From contig NC_043006.1 in the NCBI RefSeq assembly GCF_006345805.1, forward strand, positions 37,758,001 through 37,822,000: a DNA stretch of 64,000 nt, read 5' to 3'. The stretch is from Octopus sinensis (taxonomy: Eukaryota). Below are positions 49,556-62,228 of this stretch, piece by piece; the stretch's first letter is position 1; the number at the start of each line of letters is the position of its first letter. The notes beneath the pieces are model-generated. The model was not told the origin of the DNA and did no database searches. It saw nothing but the letters and a program-made list of their open reading frames with translations. The translations under genes and the position numbers were made by a program.

Positions 49556-49857
49556 GTTTGTTCCTTCTTGAGCCATATCTGGCTCATAAGGGCCGGTTTC
49601 CTGGTTTCCTTGGCATATAGGTTCCCCACCTGGACGGGACATCGGCCCGTTGCAGGTGAGCTGCAAGATGTAGGAGGAAAGAGTGAGAGAAAGTTATGGC
49701 GAAAGAGTCAGCAGAAGTTTGCCATTACCTTCTGCCAGAGCCGAGTGGAGCTTAGGTGTTTCGCTCATAAACATACACATCGCTCGGTCTAAGATTCGAA
49801 CCCGCGAGCCCTCGACTGCAAGTCTACTGCTCTAACTACTAGGCCATGTACCTCCAT
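49556..49857 (-). mobile_element. SINE family 4 (tRNA-derived, possibly tRNA-Arg)
   Basis: TGGCCTAGTAGTTAGAGC...GGGTTCGAATC head, CpG-rich body unlike families 1-3. Confidence 0.8.
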
Positions 49858-50544
49858 ATATATATATATATATATATAGTGAAGTCTGCAAAGTAGTTGG
49901 CATTAAGAAGGGCATCCAGTTTTAGAAATCATGCCAAAACAGATAACTGAAGCCCTGTGCAGCTTGCCAGCTTCTGTCAAACCAGCCAACCCACCCATGC
50001 CAGCATGTAAAACAGACATTAAATAATGAGGATGATGATGATGATGTATGGGAATCCTAGTTTGTCAGCAAGTTGTGGTTAGAAGGGCAGATGTATAACA
50101 GAGCTTCAGATACCAGAAACACAGAACTGATAATGGACAGTGGCAAATGTAATAAGCAAACAGTTCCATTAGCAAAATATTTTAGACTTAAGTATTAATT
50201 GTTCATGTTGTTGGTAGTGGAGATATTGCAAAGGAGATATTGTTCTTGTGGTTTAGCCCCAGGTCACTCCTACCCAAATGGAACAATGCTCTACATTATG
50301 CAAGCCATGTGACAGTCTTGTTTTCTTCTCAAGCAGAATGAATTTGCAAGGGAAAGGAGAAAAACAGAATAAGAAATTGAAGAGGTTTCAAGAGAAAGGA
50401 GGTAACTAGTAGTGAAAATGTGTGCCAAATCTGCTCTGAAGTGACTACTGGCATTGAGTAGTGGAGGGCTGGGTGTTAGGGGAACGAGATGTAAGGAATG
50501 CTTGATGAGGCAGGCCCCCATACATACAAGTATAAATAAAATGC

Positions 50545-50850
50545 TTTTAAGACACCATTTTTTTCATTGTAATGATCAAGTCTTCTCAGACACAGCAAAT
50601 CACCTATCATCTCATTCCATTGTCATCTCTTCTTTGAGGCACAGCATCTTGAGATCAACCTTCATTACTTCATCCCATATCTTCCTGGGCATCCATCACC
50701 CACAGGTTCCATCCACTTTAAGTGACCAGCATTTTTTATACACCTGTCCTTGTCCACCCACATTATGAGGCCAAACCAGCAAAATGTTTTGCTTCTCTCA
50801 GCCACAGCCATCCATAGAATACTACATATTACAGAGATGTTAAATATCAA
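50545..50850 (-). mobile_element. RTE C-terminal coding fragment
   Basis: Similar to the 19880-20080 region on the opposite strand (PRKIWDEVMKVDL). Confidence 0.65.
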
Positions 50851-52354
50851 GCGGTTCCTGCGTCTGAACCTTTTTTATTGTGAGAAATGGTTTTACAAAG
50901 GGCTAACCCCACTCTTTAAAGGATAAATACATTTGCCCAGAAAAAAGAACAAGTCCACATCGATGAATACAAATAATGTCATAGGTGATACATCAGAGTA
51001 CCCTTTCTCCTACAGAAATGGCTAAACAAAGATTGGGGATTTTTCACTCCTAGCTGTGAATGACCAATGATCTGCATACATAACATGTGTGTATGTGTGG
51101 GGGAATGAACCCAGAACCAGGTGGTTGGGAAGCAAGCTTCTTACCACATAGCCATGTTTATACATATATACATATGGGTGGAGTGAAATTTAAAAATTGC
51201 AGAAATTGAAAATACCTGAGGGCTAAAATGCTGCTGTATTTGATTAGTAGAAAAATGCTAAATTTTCACTGAAATCAATCAAGGCCATTTACTCCCTCAA
51301 GCTTCCTAAACTCCAAAAATGGGGCGTTTTTGTAAATTTTTTGCAATAGCACTAAAACTATGGAATTTATGTCAATGCTCACTCTGTTCAGTATTGTTTA
51401 TTATTTAATGTGAAAAAGAATGCATATTATACATCGAAAGCACAGTAATTTGCTTGAAACATTGTGATACAGAAGTAAAATAACAAATAATGAAGACAGA
51501 GGGCTTCTTACAATGCAAAAAGGGCAAAGAAAGTAACCTTTATATATTTCAGGCACAAAGGCCCATCATCAAATGTTGGCCCCTTCACTTGAAATATATA
51601 AATGTTACTTAACTTTCCCATTTTTGCATTGTAAGAAGCTCTCCATCTTCGGTATTTATTATTATAAATGCATACATACAAAGGTGTGTGTGTGTGTGTG
51701 TGTAAACATGCAGGGTTGTGTGTATAGATGTGTGTGTGTTTGTGGGAATATGTGTGTGTGAGAAAAAATATGCGTAACCCCTTTTCTTGATAATGTCTTC
51801 ATGGACTTGTTTTTCCTGTCATTGTACAATATTCATGCCTATGCACCATATCCCTGGTAAATTCTATGCTGTTAACACACTTGATACAAAAAAGTACAGT
51901 CAAACGTGTCAAAATTGTAACTGACGGTGCTATCAACTGACAGCTGGCAAAGCGACGAGTGTGTTTGTGTCCATTGGTTTCACATTATTGTTTTTGTTTT
52001 TCCTGACCATTTGTTCTCTCTCTCTCTCTGTTTCTTTCCTTAAATAGATTTTCTTTTACACATTAGTTTTCAAGGCTGGTTTCTGTACATTCATCATTGG
52101 AAAATATACTTTGTAATCTTTATTTTTTTTTCAGCTAACAAAAAAAAAAAAAATATCTTATTGTGCAGGCATAGCTCTATGGTCAAGAAGCTTGCTTTGG
52201 AATCATGTGGTTTGGGTTCAGTTCCATGCAGCACCTTGGGCAAGTGTCTTCTACTACAGCCCTAGGTCAATTAAAGCCTTCTCAGTGGATTTAGTAGACG
52301 GAAACTAAAAGAACCCTGATGTATGTATGTATGTATGTATGTATATGTATACGT

Positions 52355-52400
<46 letters not shown>

Positions 52401-52458
52401 GTATATATATATATATATATATAATATATACTCATTACAGATATAGGGTAAAGAATTA

Positions 52459-52841
52459 TCTCTCTCTATATAAACGGCAGTTTGTCTGTGCGTGTTTCTG
52501 TGTGTCTGTTTGCTTGTACCCTCACCCTGACCACGGCTTTCAACCGATTCTGATGAAACTTGACACACACATAGCCCAATGTCATAATTCAAAACTAACG
52601 CACCGAACATTTTGAAAAGTCCCCCCAGTTCTGAAAAAAATCGATAAATTCGACATGGGGTCGAGAATCAGAAACACAAACCGCAAACTGTCTAGGGGAC
52701 GCAACTCCACCTTTTTTTACTCTCAAAAAAATTTACCATCATTTTTTTCCATTTTTTTGCTATTTTTTAGCTATAACTCTCTAAAAATGCTTTATAGTTA
52801 TTTCCCTTACAAACCTGAGCAACGCCGGGCGATACTGCTAG
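52459..52841 (+). mobile_element. Non-autonomous Helitron
   Basis: A|TC 5' end (TCTCTCTCTATATAAA), 3' GAGCAACGCCGGGC hairpin region then CTAG|T, no target duplication. Confidence 0.85.
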
Positions 52842-53088
52842 TTAATTAAATAATTAACAAATTTTACCAAGTAGTTTTGGTATGGAAAAACCATTATCTT
52901 CTTTTTGCCTATGTGAGTTACAAATATTGTTGTCTGTGGAGTCATATTTGTAGTTAAAAGAATTAGCTGTCTTTTGGCTGCTATTTCTAAATTTTCGGTA
53001 TGTGGGGAAGCAACTTTTCGCTAAACTCTTAATTATATATATATATATATATTGCTTACGCATTGGGATATTAATAATCGGGTTCGTT

Positions 53089-53176
53089 ATTGAAGCTCTG
53101 ATGAAGCTACAGGGTGATATTCAAGCAATCAGCTATAAGTGCATTGAAGCTATAGCAGAAAAAGATGTAAGCCAAT
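53089..53176 (+). ncRNA. Degenerate hammerhead motif
   Basis: ATTGAAGCT-CTGATGA-A GCTACAG...CTATAGC A-GAAA-AAGATG-TA-AGCCAAT; flanked by (TA)n. Confidence 0.55.
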
Positions 53177-54004
53177 GGAGTTAATATCATAATTTTTGTA
53201 TATATAAACATGTGTGTGTGTGTGTGAGTGTGGGGGGAGGGGCAGTGTATGTTTATGTCCCTTTTTCTTGGTATCATGTGATACTTGTAAATGAGTGTCA
53301 CTGTAATACAAGCAGTGTCATTCATTTCCAGTGTCCGGCAGAAGCATGTCTGGCCATAGGGAAACATTACCTCATTTGGAAATAAGGGTTGGTGACAGGA
53401 AGAGTACCCGACTGTAGAAAAGTCTTACCTCAATAAACTCTATCTGACCCAGACAAGCATGGAAAAGTGGACGATAAATGATACTTGACACAAAGCTGAT
53501 GATGATGACGATGATGATGATGATAACGGTGATGACAATATTTACTGTTCATTTACTAATTTTCATTAAAGATTTAAAATCACGATTGAAAGGCGTCTAA
53601 AAGTAATCACTTATGTAATAGCTGATACTAATAACAGAAAAAGCGTTGCTGGTGGAAGTTCTTTGTTCATTGGAAGATGGCAGATAATTATTCCATGCGT
53701 CGAAGTAAAAGGAAATTGTATGCGTGTAAGTGTTGCGTGTGTGTGTGTGAGTGTTGCATGTGTGTGTATGTGTGTTTGTATGTTTGTGTGTGTATGTGTA
53801 CTTTGTGTGTGTCTTATCTGTAATGATTCAGTATCAATTTATGAAAAATGTGAACTTCAACAGAACTATTTGACTAAAACACAAGGAATAAAACATACTG
53901 AAAGACACTTTTAATTTAGACAAGCTCAGATTTGTGAAAGAATCTTTATGCAAACAGCAATCTCTTTCTAAAGATACATTAATGAAAATGTTTCCATAAT
54001 GGTG

Positions 54005-54320
54005 TGTGGCTGTGTGGCATAATGGTTAGGCTACCTGGCTCATAATTGTAAAGTCAAGAGTTGGATTCCTAGTGATACACTGCATCCTTGAGCAAGATAC
54101 TTCATTTCATGTTGCCCCAGTTCACTCAGTTTGCAAACATGAGTTTTACCTGTAATTCTAAAGGCCAGCCTTGTCACAATCTGAGTTATGCTGAATCTCT
54201 CACAGGGCTACCTTAAGGGCACATATGTCTGTGGAGTGCTTAGCCATGTGTACGTTAATTTCATGAGCTGGTTCTTCCATTGATCAGAACAACTGGAACC
54301 CTCATGATCATAACTGACAG
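54005..54320 (+). mobile_element. SINE family 3, diverged
   Basis: Colinear with 5688-6004. Confidence 0.8.
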
Positions 54321-55155
54321 AGGGCCAGTTTTAACCCTGAGATTTCAGGTTCAGTCCCACTGTGTAGCACCTTGAGAAACTTCTTACTGCTACAGTCAGT
54401 CCTGGGCCAACCAATTCCTCAAGAGTGAATCTGGTCAGAAAGCACTGTATGGAGCCCATCATTATGTGTGTGTTTTAGTTTGTTTCCCCACCAACTTATT
54501 GACACTTGGTGTTGGTTTGTTTACATCCCTGAAACTTAACAGTTTAGCTTGAGTGACCAAAAGAATAAACCTCAGACTTTAAAAAATTCAATACTGAAAT
54601 CAATATGTTTATTAAACCCTTCAAGGTGGAACCCAGCATGACCTGGCTGCAATCCAATGACTGAATCTTGTAAAAGGTAAAAGGAAAACAGTAACAGAAG
54701 TAAATTCCGGAATGTATGAGCAAACAGCCAAGAAAGGAAAATCAGACATCAAGGTTGAGTGTGTAGTTAAAGAGTGCATAGTTATAGTGGTATGAATTAA
54801 TTCCAGAAATGGTCGAATAGTTTGAGAATACACATCTTGCAGGACTCCTTTTTTTCTGACTGTTTCAAAGACATGGTTAAAGATATCCAACTAGCTTTGA
54901 AAGAAATAATCTTATAATGGGTTTCAATTTTACAGTTGAAGATGATGTGGTGGTGATGACAGCAGTGGGATCAACATCATCACCATCAGTGGTTCTCAAC
55001 TGGGGTCCATATTACACTGGTAGTGGGGATGGGGGGCATATAACTCTTGGGGGTCTATATAAAATTTTTATTGCTAAAGTTTATGAGCAATAGTTCAGTT
55101 GTACTTCTGCAATGCACTAAATATTTTAACAATTTTTTAATAATCTATGCTTATA

Positions 55156-55324
55156 GGCATAGGAGTGGCTGTGTGGTAAGTAGCTTGCTTACAAACCACA
55201 TGGTTCCAGGTTCAGTCCCACTGTGTGGCACCTTGGGCAAGTGTCTTCTGTTATAGCCTCAGGCTGACCAAAGCCTTTTCAGTGGATTTGGTAGACGGAA
55301 ACTGAAAGAAGCCCATCGTATATA

Positions 55325-55373
<49 letters not shown>

Positions 55374-55674
55374 TATTAGAGAGTTATCCACTATGTGGAT
55401 AACTCTAGTGCTAAAAATAGCTCCGAAGCAACCACAGAAGATCTGTTTCCAACTAGAATCAACATACATTTTGTATGTTGATTCTAGTTGGAAACAGATC
55501 TTCTGTGGTTGCTTCGGAGCTATTTTTAGCACTAGAGTTATCCACATAGTGGATAACTCTCTAATAATTTATGTATAAATTTGTATTTTCTCCGTAGTTT
55601 TTGTGCTAAGCCACTTGGTGTTAAATAATGGTATTATTAAATTAATATCGATTTTCACCCTCATTTATAATAAT

Positions 55675-55726
<52 letters not shown>

Positions 55727-55943
55727 TGTGTGTGTGTATGTTTGTGTGCCTGTGTTTGTCGCCCCAACGTCGCTTGACAACTGATGCTGGTGTGTTTACA
55801 TCCCCATAACTTAGCGGTTCAGCAAAAGAGACCGATAGAACAAGTACTAGGTTTTCAAAGAATAAGTGCTGGGGTCGATTTGCTCGACTAAAGGCGGTGC
55901 TCCAGCAGAGCCACAGTCACATGACTGAAATAAGTAAAAGAGT
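55156..55943 (+). mobile_element. SINE family 1 split by an insert of about 300 bp
   Basis: Head to about 55330, tail resumes at about 55725. Confidence 0.9.
55368..55572. repeat. Perfect inverted repeat, 101-bp arms and 3-nt loop
   Basis: 55368-55468 is the exact reverse complement of 55472-55572; each arm has an internal 12-bp-stem palindrome. Confidence 0.95.
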
Positions 55944-57391
55944 ATACAATTCCAAAAAAATATTTAATTATTAAGATATAATAAGATTTTTTTTTAACCT
56001 AAGGGTCCCTCAAGTAAAATAGGAATCAATGGGGTCCCTGGAAAAAGAAATGGGTCATTGTTGTTGTTTTTTCGATGGCCGAAAGGTTGTCAACCCTCAG
56101 CTGTTTCCAAATAAAGTTATATTTCTCCATGGCAAGACATGTCTTTGCAGAAGATTGGAACTGGAGGATGATGCTTGAATGAAGATGACACTCATTTACA
56201 ACCATCATACTATATGAGGACTAAGGTACACACAATACATCTGTCTGTCTGTCCATGTATCTATGTCTATCTATCTGTCTGTCTATCTGTCTGTCTGTGT
56301 CTATCTATCTATCTGTTTGTCTGTCTGTCTGTCTATCTCCCTGTTTGTCTGTCTACCTATATGTGCATGTGCGTGGGTGTGCGAGAGTATATAAACAAAA
56401 AGCTTCTTTCAGTTTCTATCTGCCAAATCCAACCACAAGGCTATAGTAGGAGACTATAGTAGAAAACACATGCCCAAAGTGTCATGCAATGGAGCCGAAC
56501 CTGAGTCCACATGGTTGGAAAGCAAGCATCTTAATCACACAGCCACACCTGTGAAAACAATTGCACTTAATTTATGATAATGATACAGCTGACAAATAGC
56601 CTTGATAAAACTTAAACTTACTGTTGATTCATTGCTAATAGCAATGTCTAATGAGACAGAATAATTGTGCACAAAGCCAAGTTTTTTTTCCCTTTTTTTT
56701 TTTGAGGGGTGGATGAGAGAAATACTAAATGCTAATTGGTTGTAATAAAGGTGTGACTATTACATCATCAATTTGATTGTGGCAGTAATTATAATCCAAC
56801 TAGCAATTAAAGGTGAACCAAAATTTCTTTGTTTTACAGGTGAATGAAAACAATTAATATATTAAATTTCTGTTCTAACTTTAAATCCTAACATATACAT
56901 TATTAGCAAGCAGTTTTGTATTTATATGTCAGTGAGGGGTTCAATCCTTAAGCTCTGCATTGACTTTTGATGAGCTAGAAACTGTAGCTAGATGAAGACA
57001 TGGCTGTGTGGTAAGAAGCTTGCTTCCCAACCACGTAGTTCTGGGTTCAGTCTCACTGCATGGTAACTTGGATAAGTGTCTTTTACTATATTTTAGGCCA
57101 ACCAAAGCTTTGTGAGTGGATTTGGTAGATGAAAGAAGCCTGTTGCATGTATGTGTATGTATATATATATATGTGTGTGTGTGTGGTGTGTGTGTGTGTG
57201 TGTATATAAATAATAAATTAAATAGAGAGATTCAATTGACAATCCAATAATTTATTTATCTCATAATATAACATAATAGTCTATGAATATAATATAATAT
57301 AACATGAAAAATTATTAAAAAAACCAAAAGAGCCAACAACTTGCTTTGACTTATATATTTGATTTATAAACAATTCATATCCATGTATATA

Positions 57392-58660
57392 CAGCCTTGG
57401 CCAAAAGTATTAGGCCACCCCAATGTTTTGGGGTTATGCTGTCTCAATGTTAATGGAACTCAAACACATGGTAGATTATGGTATATTTCACAATATACAT
57501 TAGTTTTAATATCTGGTTGATCCTCCTTTAGCATCAGTTACCACTTTTATACTGTACTGGACATATGCAACTAATTATGAGTAAGACCAACGTCCAAAAT
57601 TAAATTGTTTCCTTGATTATTACATAGTTTTATGTTAAAATATGTTGTAGATACAGTTAATAAACAGTAAAATGCCTAAAACAGGGGAGTTGAGTGAGTG
57701 TGAGTGAGGTAAAATCGTAGTTCATCGTGAAGATGGAATATCTCAAAGGCAAATTGCTCAGAAGATGAAATGTTCTCAATGTTTGGTGCAAACAACTCTC
57801 AAGCACTTTGGAGAGACAAAAGATGCGAAGACAATACAAAGAACAGGTATGAAAAAGGTTACATCACTTTATGATGATAGATCCATCATTCATCAGTTGC
57901 TCAGAAACAGGAGAAAAACATCATTGGAGCTCTGTGCGAACTTCAACGAGACAAATACTTCATAAATATCAACCAGAACTGTTAGGAGGCTTGTAGAGTA
58001 TGGTTTGAAAGGCTGTAAAGCCAGGAAGAAGCCATGAGTTTCTGAAGCGAATATGGAAAAACGTCTTCAGTGAGCCAAAAGCCACTTAAATTGGACCAGT
58101 GAGCAATGGTCAAAAGTCATATGGTCTGATGAAAGTAACTATGAGGTAAGATAGTACATGTATTCAATCAACATATAAACTTAATGTAACTGGTTTCTTG
58201 CCCAAAATATATAAAAAAATGTATCCAACATAAAGCTGATATTATTTTTTATGTTTTTACTCTGGTTTTTGGTACATCTGGTGCAACTTTCGTGCTTCAC
58301 AGAGTTAGGAAAGCATTTAAGGCTGACCTTCTGGTACCAACCTTAAAACAAGGGGGAGGTTCTATCATGGTGTGGGCCTTCATGTCTGCCACAGAACCCA
58401 GAGAAATGTTCTTATGTCAGGGAAGGATGAATTTAGCTACCTATGTTTCTATGTTGTCAGATGATTTAGAGCCATCAATTGCTAAATTGCATCCAGGAGT
58501 TTTGAAAAACTGTTATTTTTCAAGAGGACAACACTCCATGTCATACAGCAAAGAATACTCATCAATAGTTTGAGACAGGGTATTATTCCCATAGACTGAC
58601 CAGCTCAAAGTCCCGATCTAAATCCAATTTGGTCGATGAGTTCCTCATAAACTTTCCAAG
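57392..58660 (+). mobile_element. Tc1-family transposon with an intron-containing transposase, 3'-truncated
   Basis: TA|CAGCCTTGGCCAAAAGTATT end; ATG at 57672; KARKKP, WSDESNYE|intron 58146-58264|VFGTSG, GGGSIMVW, FQEDNTPCH, QSPDLNPI. Confidence 0.9.
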
Positions 58661-59330
58661 CCTAATTGTGCACAGAGAGTGAATGTGTGCTCTACTTTGT
58701 TGTCACGTTTCATGAACAAACTTTTTTTTGGACTGAATAGTGACAAGAATTGGTTTCTCTATAAAAGTGTCAAGCGCCAAAGACAGTGGGTAGTGAAAGG
58801 AGAAACACCGGTACCCCAGGCTAAAAAAGGTCTTTACCCATGTAAAGTGTTGCTATTTGTTTGGTGGGATATGAAAGGTTTAGTCCACTTTGAACTTTTA
58901 AACGCAAACCAAATGAGATCTACTGCAAGCGGCTTAAGTGAGCGCTAGAAGAAAAACGACCATCTTTGGTTTCAAGACAAAAGGTGCCCTTCCATCAGGA
59001 TAATATTTGGTCACATACAACGAGGATGACATTCCAAAGGCTGGAGCAGTTTGAATGGGAAACAATGCCCCACCCATCAGATTATCATTCATTCTGCAGT
59101 ATTCAAAATCATTTGAATGGAAAATATGAATTCTGTAGATGAGGTCAGAACAGTACTGAAAGAGCAATTTTATCATTGACAAGTGAATTTTGGAAGAGGA
59201 GCCTTGTAAGTATACCAGTGATATGGAAGAGCATTGGGGAAAATGAAGGAGAGTATATTTTAGATTAAAAAAGAATTTTATCTTAATTTTGAAAAACAAA
59301 AGAAGTATAAAAAAAAACACATTATTTACA
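58661..59330 (+). mobile_element. mariner-family (DD34D-type) transposase fragment
   Basis: WFLYKSVKRQRQW, KVLLFVWWDMKGLVHFELL, FHQDN, MPHP...SDYHSF, EGEYILD*. Confidence 0.9.
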
Positions 59331-59865
59331 TGTGTGTGTGTGCCTTTGTGTCTGTGATTGTCCCCCATCACCACTCACCAGTATTGGTGTGTTCATGTCC
59401 CTGTAACTTAGTGGTTCAGCAAAAGGACTGATAAAATAAGTACCATGTTTAAACAAAAAGTACTGGGGTCAATTCGTTCCACTAAAAATTCAAGCAGTAC
59501 CCCAGCATGGCCATAGTCTAATGACTGAAACAAGTCAACAGTAAAAGATATTTAATGGTGTTGCTGGACAATGCAGTCATGGATATACAAAAAGTCAGAA
59601 CAGTTATGACTAGAATGCTTTCGATCATAAATATACTGGATAAGGGCTGACCTGGGGCTAAAAAACGATTATGATCATTGTAATATTGCATTGCATTGAA
59701 TATTCTAGAGATGGGATAAATGATGTCTGTTTAGGTGGACCTTTGGGACTGCTCGCATTCTGCCGATTCAACTACTACCTGAAGACATTGAGATGCTTGA
59801 CTGGGGCCAAGCAAAGAATAACAAGGCTATACAACAACAACAACTACAACAATATCATTAACTAC

Positions 59866-60550
59866 TGGCTGTGTGGTAAGAAGCTTGCTTCCCAACCATG
59901 TGGTTTTGGGTTCAGTCCCACTGCATGGCATCTTTGGTGGCAAGTGTCTTCTAGTATAGCCTCGGGCCGACCAAAGCCTTGTGAGTGGATTTGGGAGATG
60001 GAAACTGAAATATATATATATATTCTTTTATTCCTTCACGTGTTTCAGTCATTTGACTGTGGCCATGCTGGAGCGCTGCCTTTAGTCAAACTAATTCCCC
60101 CCTGGACTTTCAGCCTCTTTTGTCGAACCGCTAAGTTACAGGGATGTAAACACACCAACATTGGTTGTCAAGTGATGGTGGAGGGAAAAACACAGGCACA
60201 CAAATACATACACACACACACACACACACACATATATATGACAGGCTTCTTTCAGTTTCTGTCTACCAAATTCACTCACAAGGCTTTGGTGAGCCTGAGG
60301 CTATAGCAGAAGACACTTGCCCAAGGTGCCAATATATATGTATCTGTGTTTGTTCCCCCCACTTCCACCATCGCTTGACAACCAATATTAGTGTAATTAC
60401 ATCCCTGTAACATTAGCAGTTCAGCAAAAGAGATCAATGGAATAAGTACTAGGCTTACAAAGAATAAGTCTTGGGGTCGATTTGTTAGACTAAAGGTGGT
60501 GCTCCAGCATGGCCGCAGTCAAATGACTGATGCAAGTAAAAGAATAAAAG
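59866..60550. mobile_element. SINE family 1 copy (+) with a second copy (-) nested in its (TA)n
   Basis: Plus head 59866-60010, minus copy about 60020-60330, plus tail 60335-60550. Confidence 0.85.
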
Positions 60551-60899
60551 AACAAAAACAATAGTAGCAGCACCAGCAATCCAGAGCAGTCAGTAAAAAT
60601 GGTTAAATGGTTCTGCTTCAAAAGTGATGAGAAGTAACGAGAAAACCGCCCACCCACCATGCCTACATACAACCAAGTGACCATTTGTAGCACCGCAAGT
60701 GAAATGGCACTGCTAAAGAGAACTGAGTATCTCAAAAGGTTGCCAAAAGAGAAGACAGGTATACATACATTATCAGCAGATGAGAGAGAGAGAGAGAGAG
60801 AGAGAGAATGTTTGCTGCAATTCTAGCAACGACACCGATATGGATGGTGTAGGACAATGGAACGGCAAGAGCTGTTAGATATAAGAAAGAATTTGAAGG

Positions 60900-61374
60900 T
60901 GGAACAGGTGGTTGCAGGGGTGGTGGTGGTGGCGGCGGTGGTGATAGTGGTGGTTATAACAGTTAAAGATTGAGATGGATGTGAGGCTGGTGGCTGTCAA
61001 TGACGGTGACATGGTGGTGCAGTGGTGGTGATGGTATATTAGCTGCCGTGATGATGATGATGTTGATGATAGTACTCGTGATGATACCGGTGGAAGGGGC
61101 AGGGTGGAGGGTGGGGGGCGCTGTAATGAGTACCAGCAATGCTGACACTGCTGTGATGATGGTTATGATGCCGGTGGTGGTGGTGGTGAGCACAGTGGTG
61201 ATGGTGGGGGTGAGGTTGTGAGTAACAATATTGGTGGTGGTAGTGGTGGTGGTGGTGAAATAAGTTCTGATGATAGTAGTGGAGGTGGTGGTGGTCGTCG
61301 TCGTTATGACAATAGTAGTGGGATGTATAAATGATAAATTGTTGTGAAAACAAAACAACAGCTGTCAATGCTCA

Positions 61375-61407
<33 letters not shown>

Positions 61408-62197
61408 AAGTAGTAGTAGTAGTTGTTTAGCCCCAGGTCATCCTTGACTGAGCAGACTTATGACCCAAGATTGCCAAAGATGTGTTTTGTGATGACAGCA
61501 GATGTGAAAATATTGGCTGCTGATGACAGTGGGCGAAGAAGAAGAAAAGCGACATAGTGATGACAGCAGGTGAAGATGGTAGTCAAATGATGACGGCAGG
61601 TGAGAATGGTCGTTGTGACAGGTAAAGAAAGGTGGTCGGTGTGGATGACGGGGAGTGAGGGGGTCGAAGGTGGTGGCGGTGGCATGGCGGAGTTGCAGTG
61701 ACTGGTCATGGGAGAGGTGATGGTCGTCATGACAACTGTTTCTGAGTGGTAGCATCATATATTTTGTTGTTGATCTACACTGGTCACTAGCCGCGGGAGA
61801 AGAGTTGACACAGTGATACCAGACAACTACCGCCACCACCACCACCCCACCACTAGTACTAATAATAATAATGACGATAATCATAATACCACCACCACCA
61901 CCACCACTACTCCTGTTGTTACTACTACTGCAACTACTACCACCACCACCACCACCACCATCACCAAAGCCACCACCACTGCCACAAACATCACTGCTTA
62001 TACCACCACCACTACCACAAGCATCACTACTTCTACCACGACCACTGCTGTTGTTACTGCTGCTACTACTACTACTACCACCACCACCAAAGCCACCACC
62101 ACTGCTATTAACATCACTACTTCCATCACCACCACCACCACCATTGCAGTTGTTACTACTACTTCCACCACCACTGTTGTTACTACTACTACTACTT

Positions 62198-62228
<31 letters not shown>

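Noticed and set aside
54621-54890. Protein-like 89-aa minus ORF (DIFNHVFETVRKKG...)
   Set aside because: No recognised homology, no convincing donor, runs into a SINE
4096-58132. Other CTGATGA words (4096, 32939, 52550, 58126)
   Set aside because: No closing stems or GAAA/NUH; they fall in the RT YADD codons, a Helitron body, the Tc1 WSDE codons or unstructured DNA
59671-60306. 211-aa ORF
   Set aside because: Read-through across nested SINEs
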